64,000 nt of DNA from Bacteroidaceae bacterium (lineage in GTDB: Bacteria > Bacteroidota > Bacteroidia > Bacteroidales > Bacteroidaceae): assembly GCA_017445145.1 (NCBI GenBank), contig JAFSVI010000144.1:36992-100991 (forward strand), read 5' to 3'. Of the stretch, positions 5,348 to 13,648 are shown one piece after another. The notes beneath the pieces are model-generated. The model was given only the letters and a program-made list of their open reading frames with translations, searched no databases and was not told the origin of the DNA. How positions within the stretch are numbered: position 1 is the first letter of the stretch; each line of letters begins with the position of its first letter. Position numbers and translations under genes: made by a program.

Positions 5348-8317
5348 TTACGCCTTGAGTATCGAGTAAAGGAGGTCCATGTCGAGATGGCGGCGCACGT
5401 GGTCGGCCAGGCGGTCGTACTGCGTCTCCTTGAACGCTGCCGGGTCCATGGCAGCGGGTTGCGCCGGGCTTTTGTCGTGGAGCAGGTAGTCGATGACGGG
5501 GGCGTTGTCCAGGAAGCCGTGGATGTAGGTGCCTATGCAATGGTCGCCCTCGAGGATGGCCTGGTCGGTGGTGCTCACGCCCTGATGAATCTCGTAGCCC
5601 CGGCACGTGTGGCCCCGGAAGGTGAATGAGACCTGGCGCGTGGTCTTCTCGGGCGACATCGTGGTGTTGATGGGCAGCAGCGCAAGTCCCGGCAGCGAGG
5701 CTATGGAACCCTCTATGCCATCTGGGTCGTTGACGGTGAGGCCCATCATCTGGTAGCCTCCGCAGATGCCAACCACTGTTGTGCCGCGGCGGTGAGCACC
5801 CTGTATGGCCGCCGCGCAGCCGTTGCGGCGCAGCTCCAAGAGGTCGTCGAGGGTGGCCTTTGTGCCTGGCAGGATGATGATGTCGGCCTTGGCGAGGTCA
5901 CTGACGTTGTTTGTGTAGAAGAGGTTGACGCGCGGTTCGCGCTCGAGTGTGTCGAAGTCGGTGAAATTGCTGAGGTGGCGGAGCAGCACCACGGCGATGT
6001 TGACCTTGCCCTCGGCGAGCTGGCGCCGTTTGTTGGCGAGGCTCACGCTGTCCTCTTCCTCGATGTAGATGTCATCATAATAAGGCACCACGCCAATGAC
6101 CGGCACGCCGCAGATGTCGTGGAGCAAGCGGCGGCCCTCGTCGAAGAGACGCATGTCACCACGGAACTTGTTGACGATGATGCCCTTGATGCGCGCGCGG
6201 TCGGCGGGTGTCTGAAGCATGATGCTGCCATAGGCCGAGGCAAAGACGCCGCCACGGTCTATGTCAGCCACGAGGACGACGGCGGCATCGGCATGGCGCG
6301 CCATGGGCATGTTGACGAGGTCGGTGGCGCGCAGGTTGACCTCGCTGATGCTGCCGGCACCCTCCATGACGATGGGGTTGTAGCGCTGCGCGAGACGGTC
6401 GAAAGCGCCACACACCTCAGCCCTGAAGTCGGGGCCGGCGGGTTGGCTGCCGCCGTCGGTGCGCCGCCAGAAGGAATAGGCATCACGGTTGCCTATGGGC
6501 CGGCCGTGGAGCACAACCTGGCTCGTGTGGTTGGAGTTTGGTTTTAGCAACAGGGGGTTCATGTCGGTGTGGCAGGGTATGCCTGCCGCCTCGGCCTGCA
6601 CGGCCTGTGCACGACCTATCTCGAGTCCCTCGGGCGTGGCGTAGGAGTTGAGGGCCATGTTCTGGGCCTTGAATGGCGCGGGGTGGTAGCCATCCTGGCG
6701 GAAGATGCGGCACAGAGCCGTGGCGACGACGCTCTTGCCCACGTCGCTCCCCGTGCCGGCGAGCATGAGGGGCCGCAGTGGGGCGTGGATGGTCGTTGAG
6801 GCTTGTGCGGGCGTAGCGGCCAGTGGCGCCGATGGCGGCCGTGAGGCGGCGCGGCTGTCGGCAGTGAAGAAGGGTGTGTAGAGGTGTGTGTAGCTGGCCA
6901 CGACGTTCTTGTAGCGCAGCACGGGCGTGGCCACGGGTGCGCCCGTGGCGTCATAAACCTGGCAGACGGACGTCGGCTGTGGAGCGGCGTCGCTGGTGCC
7001 GGCGCCGGTGTCGGCAGTTAGGAACTGCGTGTAGTGGAACTCATGGCCACGGTGCTCGACACCGTCGATGACGAAGCGCCGGTAGCCGAGCGAGAGGCGG
7101 CGCTGGGCTGTGCGTGCAGTTATGGTGTGTGGCAGCACGCCACACATGGGGTATGTGGCGTCGTCGGTGACTATGGCCTCGCAGAGATACATCATGCCTC
7201 CGCACTCGGCCGCCACACGTCCGCCGCGTTGGGCAAAGTTGCGTATGGCCGTGCGGCAAGCTTCGTTGGCTGCCAGCGTCTGGAGATGCTTCTCGGGATA
7301 GCCCCCGGGCAGGTACAGCAGGTCGATGCCGTCGAGGCGGGGCACGTCGGTCTCGGGGTCGAAGAAGGTGACATGGTGCCAGCGGTCGAGGTTCTCCTGG
7401 TAGATGAACGAGAAGGACTCGGCATTGCGCGCCACGGCCACGGCCCACTCCCCAGCCGCTGTGCCTGGCGCTTCTCCGCCAGCTGCCGTGCCTGGTGCTT
7501 CTCCGCCAGGTCCCCCAGCCGCCGTGCCTGGCGCTTCTCCGCCAGCCGCCGTGCCTGGCGCTTTTCCGCCAGATTCCCCAGCCGCTGTGCCTGGCGCTTC
7601 TCCGCCAGCTGCCGTGCCTGGTGCTTCTCCGCCAGCTGCCGTGCCTGGCGCTTTTCCGCCAGGCATGTCGGCGAGCAAGGCATCGACATCGACATGCTCG
7701 GCCACGAGGGCCGCCAGCTGGCTGATGTCGCTGCGCTCCGAGAAGTCCAGGCCCAGATAGCGTGAGCCATGCTCGAGGGCGGCGGTGCGGGGTATGAAGC
7801 CGTAGCAGCGCAGCTGAAGGTCGCGGCACACCTGCTGCAGCATGGCGCGGTGGCGCTGCGATCCCACCTTGTTGAAGATGACACCGGCGATGCGCACGTC
7901 GTGGCGGAAGGCGGCGAAGCCCGCGAGCAGCGGTGCCAACGAGTAGGCGGCACTGCGGGCATCGACCACCAGCACCACGGGGATGCCCAGCACGGCGGCA
8001 ATCTCGGCCGACGAGCCGCGGTCGCGGTCGTAGCCGTCGAACAGCCCCATCATACCCTCGACGACACACACGTCGGCGTCACGGCCATAGCGGCCAAAGA
8101 GGGTGGCGACGTGGTCGGGCGTGGCCATGAAGGTGTCGAGGTTGATGCTGGGGCGCCCGCATGCGCGGTGGTGAAACTTGGTGTCGATATAGTCGGGGCC
8201 GCACTTGAAGGGCTGCACGCGCAGACCGCGCTCGCGCAGCGCAGCGAGCAGCCCGAGGGCGACGGTGGTCTTGCCGCATCCCGACGTGGGGGCGGCTATC
8301 AGCATAGCATGAGGCAT
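5348..8317 (-). CDS. cbiA/cobQ: Fused cobyrinate a,c-diamide synthase (CbiA/CobB) and cobyric acid synthase (CbiP/CobQ), with no stop codon between the two halves
   Basis: ORF track 5348..8497, trimmed to MPHAMLIAAPTSGCGKTTVALGLL (ATG at 8317). The N-terminal half is CbiA (GPDYID, YLPGGYPE, ECGGMMYL). A linker ..SRAASRPPSAPLAATPAQASTT.. follows. The second half is CobQ (LMLAGTGSDVGKSVVATALCRI, NMALNS, NPLLLKP, ICGGYQMMG). Confidence 0.85.
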   Translation of the reverse strand: MPHAMLIAAPTSGCGKTTVALGLLAALRERGLRVQPFKCGPDYIDTKFHHRACGRPSINLDTFMATPDHVATLFGRYGRDADVCVVEGMMGLFDGYDRDRGSSAEIAAVLGIPVVLVVDARSAAYSLAPLLAGFAAFRHDVRIAGVIFNKVGSQRHRAMLQQVCRDLQLRCYGFIPRTAALEHGSRYLGLDFSERSDISQLAALVAEHVDVDALLADMPGGKAPGTAAGGEAPGTAAGGEAPGTAAGESGGKAPGTAAGGEAPGTAAGGPGGEAPGTAAGGEAPGTAAGEWAVAVARNAESFSFIYQENLDRWHHVTFFDPETDVPRLDGIDLLYLPGGYPEKHLQTLAANEACRTAIRNFAQRGGRVAAECGGMMYLCEAIVTDDATYPMCGVLPHTITARTAQRRLSLGYRRFVIDGVEHRGHEFHYTQFLTADTGAGTSDAAPQPTSVCQVYDATGAPVATPVLRYKNVVASYTHLYTPFFTADSRAASRPPSAPLAATPAQASTTIHAPLRPLMLAGTGSDVGKSVVATALCRIFRQDGYHPAPFKAQNMALNSYATPEGLEIGRAQAVQAEAAGIPCHTDMNPLLLKPNSNHTSQVVLHGRPIGNRDAYSFWRRTDGGSQPAGPDFRAEVCGAFDRLAQRYNPIVMEGAGSISEVNLRATDLVNMPMARHADAAVVLVADIDRGGVFASAYGSIMLQTPADRARIKGIIVNKFRGDMRLFDEGRRLLHDICGVPVIGVVPYYDDIYIEEEDSVSLANKRRQLAEGKVNIAVVLLRHLSNFTDFDTLEREPRVNLFYTNNVSDLAKADIIILPGTKATLDDLLELRRNGCAAAIQGAHRRGTTVVGICGGYQMMGLTVNDPDGIEGSIASLPGLALLPINTTMSPEKTTRQVSFTFRGHTCRGYEIHQGVSTTDQAILEGDHCIGTYIHGFLDNAPVIDYLLHDKSPAQPAAMDPAAFKETQYDRLADHVRRHLDMDLLYSILKA
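7455..7661. repeat. Tandem array: seven 27-nt units plus two 9-nt spacers, in-frame inside cbiA
   Basis: The units gccgctgtgcctggcgcttctccgcca and variants start at 7455, 7482, 7518, 7545, 7581, 7608 and 7635. The spacers are ggtccccca (7509-7517) and gattcccca (7572-7580). Each unit contains a CTGGCG-N6-CGCCAG hairpin. The array translates on the minus strand as (G)GEAPGTAAG repeats. Confidence 0.95.
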
Positions 8318-9096
8318 AGCGAGAGGTAGAGAAGCAGTTCGGTGATGATGAACGTGGCACCGCAGCAGTCGCCGGTGTAGCCCTGCAGACGGCGGTGCAT
8401 CCACGCGAAGAGCGCGGCGCAGCCGCCCACGGGCAGCACCAAGGCGGCGAGCCACTGCCCCATCGTGGGCGACGTGGCCGGCGTGAGCACCAGGCATAGC
8501 GCCACGGGTGCGACGGCGAGCAGCAGTGTGAGCAGGCGTTCGGCCACGGGTGTGGCTTCATAGACGAGGCGGTTCTTGGCCTCGGCCTCGCTGCGGGCGT
8601 ATGGCAGGAAGAGGATGATGGTGGAGCTGAGGCCCTTGGCCATGGTGTCGGCTGCCACGATGGCTAAGGGCGAGAGGCCCACGTCGATGAGTTCGGTGAG
8701 GACGTTCCACACGAGGAGCACGTAGAGCACCAGCCCCAGCACGCCGTAGGTGCCTATGTGGGAGTCCTTCATGATGGCGAGTGTGCGCTCGCGCGAGGTG
8801 CCGCCGCCAAAGCCGTCGCAGAAGTCGGCAAAGCCGTCCTCGTGCAGGGCACCCGTGAGCAGGCACCGCGCCGCCAGGGCCACGGCCACAGCCACCTCCG
8901 GCGCCAGGCAGAGGCTGTCGGCCACGGCGACGACCGCCGCCATCGTGCCGCCCGTGAGCCACCCGGCGAGGGGCCACAGCGGCACGACGTGCTGGAAATA
9001 GCGGCGCTCGATGGTGGCGATGCGCCACAGCGGCAGCCGCGTGAAGAACATCAGCGTCGCCAGCGCGCGCTTAGAAATACTTTGTAATCTCGGCAT
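8299..9096 (-). CDS. cobS: Adenosylcobinamide-GDP ribazoletransferase (cobalamin synthase)
   Basis: ORF track 8299..9273, trimmed to MPRLQSISKRALATLMFFTRLPLW.. (ATG at 9096). Also ..GALHEDGFADFCDGFGGG... It overlaps the cobT 3' end and the cbiA start. Confidence 0.85.
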   Translation of the reverse strand: MPRLQSISKRALATLMFFTRLPLWRIATIERRYFQHVVPLWPLAGWLTGGTMAAVVAVADSLCLAPEVAVAVALAARCLLTGALHEDGFADFCDGFGGGTSRERTLAIMKDSHIGTYGVLGLVLYVLLVWNVLTELIDVGLSPLAIVAADTMAKGLSSTIILFLPYARSEAEAKNRLVYEATPVAERLLTLLLAVAPVALCLVLTPATSPTMGQWLAALVLPVGGCAALFAWMHRRLQGYTGDCCGATFIITELLLYLSLCLMLC

Positions 9097-10093
9097 GTTG
9101 GAAATTGTCCATTTCGTTGAGCAGGTGAACGGCCGAGGCCACGATGGGGTAGGCACACAGCGCGCCCGTGCCCTCGCCAAGGCGCATGCCAAGGCGCAGC
9201 AGCGGCGTGGCATGCATGGCGTGGAGCATGAGGCTGTGGCCGCCCTCGTCGCCACAATGGCCAAAGATGGCACACTCGCGCACCGACGGTTGCAAGCGCT
9301 CGGCGGCGAGCATGCATGCCGTCATGATGAAGCCATCGACGAGAATCACCATGCGCCGCTCGGCAGCGCGTAGCATGGCACCGATGGCGGCGGCCATCTC
9401 GTAGCCCGCGAAATAGCGCACGGTGTCGGCTACGGAGGGGGCATCCACGCTTGCGCGGAAATGCTCCACGGCGCGTGTGAGCACGTCGAGCTTATGGCTG
9501 ATGCCGGCGGCGGCGAGGCCGCTGCCGGCTCCCACGCATTGCGGCAGGGGAATGTCGAGTAGTAGGTGCATGAGCACGCTCGATGGCGACGTGTTGCCAA
9601 TGCCCATCTCGCCGAGCGAGAGCACATTGCTGCCTTCGGCGCCAACGGCATCGACCTGCTCGCGGCCCACGGCCAGGGCGCGCTCCCACTCGGCGGCCGT
9701 CATGGCTGCGCCGTGGAGGAAGTTGCGGGTGCCGCGGGCTATCTTGCGGGGGATGATGTGGGCATGGCGCACGGGGTCGAAGTCGAAATCCACGCCCACA
9801 TCGACGATGCGCAGCGTGAAGCCATGCTGGCGGCACAGCACGTTGACGCCGCCGCCGCCGCGGCCGTAGTTGAGCATCTGCTGCCACGTCACCTCGCGCG
9901 GCGAGAGCGACACGCCCTCGCGCTCTATGCCATGGTCGCTGCCGAAGAGGATGTGGGCGGGTTGGCGCAGCTCGGGGCTGAGGGTGTCCTGGATGAGGGC
10001 CACTTGCATGGCCACCTCTTCGAGCACGCCAAGCGAGCCTTTGGGCTTGTTGAGGTTGTCGAGCTTGGCTTGTATGGATTGTTGGGAAATCAT
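9071..10093 (-). CDS. cobT: Nicotinate-nucleotide--dimethylbenzimidazole phosphoribosyltransferase
   Basis: ORF track 9071..10135, trimmed to MISQQSIQAKLDNLNKPKGSLGVLEE.. (ATG at 10093). Also ..GEMGIGNTSPSS.., ..GGHS... Confidence 0.85.
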   Translation of the reverse strand: MISQQSIQAKLDNLNKPKGSLGVLEEVAMQVALIQDTLSPELRQPAHILFGSDHGIEREGVSLSPREVTWQQMLNYGRGGGGVNVLCRQHGFTLRIVDVGVDFDFDPVRHAHIIPRKIARGTRNFLHGAAMTAAEWERALAVGREQVDAVGAEGSNVLSLGEMGIGNTSPSSVLMHLLLDIPLPQCVGAGSGLAAAGISHKLDVLTRAVEHFRASVDAPSVADTVRYFAGYEMAAAIGAMLRAAERRMVILVDGFIMTACMLAAERLQPSVRECAIFGHCGDEGGHSLMLHAMHATPLLRLGMRLGEGTGALCAYPIVASAVHLLNEMDNFQHAEITKYF

Positions 10094-10150
10094 AGCTTTT
10101 TGGGAGAAGGATGGGGGTGCGGCTGGCAGCCGCACGCAATGGACGAAATT

Positions 10151-10240
10151 AGGGGCAATAGGGGAATAGGGGCGGGGGAAGCGGGGAAGGTGAGGGTAAG
10201 GGAAGCGGGGTAAGGGAAGCGGGGTAAGGGGAAGCGGGTC
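10151..10240. repeat. G-run-rich tract with three copies of GGTAAGGGAAGCGG (C-rich on the transcribed cob strand)
   Basis: aggggcaataggggaataggggcgggggaagcggggaaggtgagggtaagggaagcggggtaagggaagcggggtaaggggaagcggg. It sits in the 159-nt cobU-cobT spacer. The adjacent perfect palindrome gtgcggctg-g-cagccgcac lies at 10117-10135. Confidence 0.9.
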
Positions 10241-10252
10241 GGGCTGAAGGCA

Positions 10253-10801
10253 TTATGGGGCGGTGGGAGGTTGTTGGCTCTTGAGGTGTATGGGGATTCC
10301 GCTCACCATGAGCACCACGTCGTTGGCTCGCGCGGCCACATACTGGTTGAGCCATCCCAGAAGGTCGGTGAAGCGGCGCTGTAGGGCATTGGCGCTGGTG
10401 CCTCCGAGGCCAATCTCGTTGGTCACGAAGATGAAGGTGGCGTCCTGCGCCGTGAAGCGGTCGAACTCCGCCTGCATGAGGCGCAGCGTGGCATCCACAT
10501 CGGGGGGCGCCTGGTCGGGGGCCTGCGGTGTGAAGTAGTTGGTGGCCCATAGGGTGAGGCAATCAACGAGCACCACGCGTCCGCTGACATCGTGGCGGCT
10601 CAGATGGCGCTCCTCCTCGATGTTGGTCCACTGCGGGCCGCGGCGTGTCTGGTGGCGGCGCACGCGCTCCCGGAACTCGTCGTCCCATATGTGGGCCGTG
10701 GCCACATAGACGGGGTGGTCGGTGAGCGAGAGCGCAAGGCGCTCGGCGTAGGCGCTCTTGCCGGAGCGCTGCCCGCCGGTGATGAGGGTGATGTGTGTCA
10801 T
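10253..10801 (-). CDS. cobU: Adenosylcobinamide kinase / adenosylcobinamide-phosphate guanylyltransferase
   Basis: ORF track 10253..11386, trimmed to MTHITLITGGQRSGKSAYAERLA.. (P-loop). The ATG at 10801 forms an ATGA overlap with the stop of the upstream permease gene. Confidence 0.85.
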   Translation of the reverse strand: MTHITLITGGQRSGKSAYAERLALSLTDHPVYVATAHIWDDEFRERVRRHQTRRGPQWTNIEEERHLSRHDVSGRVVLVDCLTLWATNYFTPQAPDQAPPDVDATLRLMQAEFDRFTAQDATFIFVTNEIGLGGTSANALQRRFTDLLGWLNQYVAARANDVVLMVSGIPIHLKSQQPPTAP

Positions 10802-11811
10802 GAGCGTCGGCGAAGGAGAATGGCTATTGCCACGGGCGCCCCGATGAGCGCCGTGACGGAGTTGATGGGCAGCGCGCCCTCCATGCCGGGCAGACGCGCT
10901 ATGAGGTTGCACACGAGGGCCAGAGCCGCCCCGCAGAGGAAGGTGGCTGGCAGGAGCGTGCGGTGGTCGGAGGTCACGAAGATGCCTCGTGCGATGTGTG
11001 GCACTGCCAGCCCGAGGAACATGATGGGTCCGCAGTAGGCGGTGGTGACGGCGGTGAGCACGCCTGCAGAGCAGATGATGAGCATGCGCGAGCGCCGTAT
11101 GTTGAGGCCGAGGTTGGCAGCATAGCGTTCGCCCAGGAGCAGCATGTTGAGAGGCTTGGCCAACAGCATGGCCAGCGGGCATAGCACGGCCATCAGACCC
11201 ACGAACACCCACACCTGGCCGCCGGTGACGCGCGCAAACGACCCCAAGCCCCAGATGACGTAGGCGCGGATGTCCTCCTCGCTGGAGAAGTATTTGAGCA
11301 CGCCGATGATGGCGGTGGCGATGTAGCCGATGAGCACGCCGACGATGAGCAACGTGGCGCGGCCCTCGACGCGGCGCGACAGCCACACGATGAGCATCAT
11401 GGCCGCTAGCGCACCCACGATGGCGGCCACCGTCAGCGCCGTGTTGCCCACAAGGCCGAAGCGCGACAGCGCGCGTCCGCCAAGGCTGCCGCCGAGCAGC
11501 ACCATGAAGGCTACGCCGAGGCTGGCCGCCGAGCTCACGCCGAGCACCGAGGGTCCGGCCAGGGGGTTGTGGAACACGGTCTGCATCTGCAGCCCGGCCA
11601 GCGAGAGGCCAGCGCCGCAGGCTATGGCCGTCAGCGTCTGCGGCAGGCGTGTGTGGAGCACAATGTTGGAAAACACCTCGCTGGGCGTGCCCCGGCCCAT
11701 GAGGATGTCGATGACCTCAGCAACGGGTATGGCCACCGACCCCACGGCGAGATTGAGCAGCGCCAGTGCGGGTATGCTGATGAGCAGGAGTAGGAATCGT
11801 GAGTGTGACAA
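10798..11811 (-). CDS. FecCD-family ABC transporter permease (BtuC-like)
   Basis: ..LPQTLTAIACGAGLSLAGLQMQTVFHNPLAGPSVLGVSS.., ..LLLGERYAANLGLNIRRSR.., ..GALPINSVTALIGAPVAIAILLRRRS. The proposed TTG start at 11811 is 15 nt after the cbiJD stop and gives MSHSRFLLLLISIPALALL. The start is uncertain. Confidence 0.75.
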   Translation of the reverse strand: MSHSRFLLLLISIPALALLNLAVGSVAIPVAEVIDILMGRGTPSEVFSNIVLHTRLPQTLTAIACGAGLSLAGLQMQTVFHNPLAGPSVLGVSSAASLGVAFMVLLGGSLGGRALSRFGLVGNTALTVAAIVGALAAMMLIVWLSRRVEGRATLLIVGVLIGYIATAIIGVLKYFSSEEDIRAYVIWGLGSFARVTGGQVWVFVGLMAVLCPLAMLLAKPLNMLLLGERYAANLGLNIRRSRMLIICSAGVLTAVTTAYCGPIMFLGLAVPHIARGIFVTSDHRTLLPATFLCGAALALVCNLIARLPGMEGALPINSVTALIGAPVAIAILLRRRS

Positions 11812-11825
11812 TGGTGGGGTGTGGG

Positions 11826-13616
11826 TTAAGCGTTGTGGATTATGATGTCGAGGTCGCCGGTGGGAAAGACGCGGCGGCAGTGCTCCATGCAGCGACGGCG
11901 CAGCGCCTCGAAGAATGGCGGCGGCATTAGCCCCCATAGCTCGCGCGCCATGGTGATGCCGCCGATGGCGGTGGCAGCGTCGGCGATGCCGGCCTCGCGG
12001 GCCACGCTGACGAGGAACTGGCGGTTCATGGTCACCTTGTGGGAGTGGGTGTCGAGGTGGCCCTCGGCAAGCTTCACGGCTTTGCCTATCATGATGCCCA
12101 GCACAACGCGCCCAAAGCCCAGGGCATGGGCACGCGCCAGCGCCTGGCCCACGAAGTTGCCATAGTGGATGACGCGCAGCGAGGGCATGGCGGCCAGCAG
12201 CGCCTCCTCGCCGCGCTTGCCGGAGGCCAGGCCTATGGCCGTGCAGCCCATGGCGCGCGCCACCTCCATCTCGCGTGATATGCTCTGCACAAAGGCGTCG
12301 TTGGAGAGGGGGGTGACGATGCCCGAGGTGCCTATGATGCTGATGCCATCGACGACGCCCACGCGCGGGTTGAACGTCTTCTCTGCCAGCTGGCGGCCGC
12401 CAGCGACGCTGATGGTGACATCCAGCGGGGCATCGGTCAGCGCCTGCAGCGACTCGGTGATGCAGCGGCGCGGCGTGGCGTTGATGGCGGGTTCGCCCAC
12501 GGCGATGCCCAGCCCGGGCAGCGTCACGCGGCCCACGCCGTCGCCCTGCAGGAAGCGGATGCCCTCGCGGCGGTCGGTCGCCACGGCAACGCGCGCGTCG
12601 ATGCGCGCGCCACGGGTGACGTCGGGGTCGTCGCTGAAGTCCTTGACACAGTAGGCGGTGGCGCTGAGTGTGGCGGGCTGCGCGATGGCAGCGGCGGAGG
12701 TGACGGGCGGCTCATACCCCACCTCGACGCCCACGGTCTCGCCGTCGGGCAGACGCACGTCAACGCTCGCGGGTGTCTCGCCAGTGAGCATATAGTGGGT
12801 GGCGGCCACGGCAGCGGCCGTGGCACAGGTGCCTGTGGTGAGTCCCGTGTGCAGGGGGAAGAAGGCCGGCAACAGGCGCTCCACACTGCGGCGCAGGCCC
12901 CGCGGACCGTTGACGGTCAGTACCTGGCAGCCCACATCGGGCAACGGCGGGCGCATGACGACGAACACCTGCACCCCGGCAGCACGGGCGGCGCGCACCT
13001 TCTCCTCGAAGCCGCCGCTGATGCCGCTTTCCTTCGTGATGATGGCCTCGGGACGTAGGCGGCTGATGAGCGCGGCAGTGTCGTCGTGCTCATAATAGGC
13101 CAGGCGGGCGGGCGGGAAGCCTTGGCCTACGGCCGTGGCTAAGGAGCTGCCGCGGTCGAGGATGCGGAACCAGCATGCATCGTGGTGCTGCCAGTAGGGC
13201 CGCAGCTTGGCGATGGTGTTGACGCCGGTGAGCGCCAGCAAGCGGCCGACATGGTGTCTCTCCAACTGCGCAACGGCATCGCCGAAGTCGGCACACCACA
13301 CGAGGTCGGCATCGCGAGGCGGATAGAGGCGCTCGTAGCGCACCACAGGCACGCCCAGCTCGTGCGCCGCAAGCATGATGTTGAGGTGCAGCGCTTCGGC
13401 AAACGGATGGGCAGCATCGACGATGAGCGCCACGCCGTGGGCGCGGCAGCAAGCCGTCATAGCCTCCACCGTCATGCCACCGCTGAGGGCCACGCCGTGG
13501 TGCAGCGCAAGGTCCTGTGCGCCGGTTTTGGTGCTGTAGAGAAATGGCTTGCCGGCCTGCTCGAGCACCTCTGCGGCCTTGCGGCCTTCTGTTGTTCCGC
13601 CGAATACTATGATCAC
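11826..13616 (-). CDS. cbiJ/cbiD: Fused precorrin-6x reductase (CbiJ/CobK) and cobalt-precorrin-5B C1-methyltransferase (CbiD)
   Basis: ORF track 11826..13832, trimmed to a GTG at 13616 giving (M)IIVFGGTTEGRKAAEVL. The N-terminal half is CobK-like (..AIITKESGISGGFEEK..). The C-terminal half is CbiD-like (..LHTGLTTGTCATAAAVAA.., ..EPAINATPRRCI.., ..GTSGIVTPLSNDAF..). Confidence 0.8.
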   Translation of the reverse strand: MIIVFGGTTEGRKAAEVLEQAGKPFLYSTKTGAQDLALHHGVALSGGMTVEAMTACCRAHGVALIVDAAHPFAEALHLNIMLAAHELGVPVVRYERLYPPRDADLVWCADFGDAVAQLERHHVGRLLALTGVNTIAKLRPYWQHHDACWFRILDRGSSLATAVGQGFPPARLAYYEHDDTAALISRLRPEAIITKESGISGGFEEKVRAARAAGVQVFVVMRPPLPDVGCQVLTVNGPRGLRRSVERLLPAFFPLHTGLTTGTCATAAAVAATHYMLTGETPASVDVRLPDGETVGVEVGYEPPVTSAAAIAQPATLSATAYCVKDFSDDPDVTRGARIDARVAVATDRREGIRFLQGDGVGRVTLPGLGIAVGEPAINATPRRCITESLQALTDAPLDVTISVAGGRQLAEKTFNPRVGVVDGISIIGTSGIVTPLSNDAFVQSISREMEVARAMGCTAIGLASGKRGEEALLAAMPSLRVIHYGNFVGQALARAHALGFGRVVLGIMIGKAVKLAEGHLDTHSHKVTMNRQFLVSVAREAGIADAATAIGGITMARELWGLMPPPFFEALRRRCMEHCRRVFPTGDLDIIIHNA

Positions 13617-13648
13617 GTGTGGATGGGCTGGGGGGATGGTGATAGGGC

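Noticed and set aside
7455-7661. A CRISPR array (also considered for 40142-40296)
   Set aside because: The repeats are directly tandem (21-27 nt) with no unique spacers of CRISPR size. There are no cas genes, and some copies are in-frame coding sequence.
8318-8497. N-terminal extensions of ORF-track entries. Examples: cbiA to 8497, cobS to 9273, cobU to 11386, cbiJD to 13832, ribH to 30135, gcvPA to 37874.
   Set aside because: The extensions overlap the upstream gene, are Arg/Pro/His-rich, and precede a Met or GTG that matches the conserved family N-terminus. I trimmed the starts accordingly.
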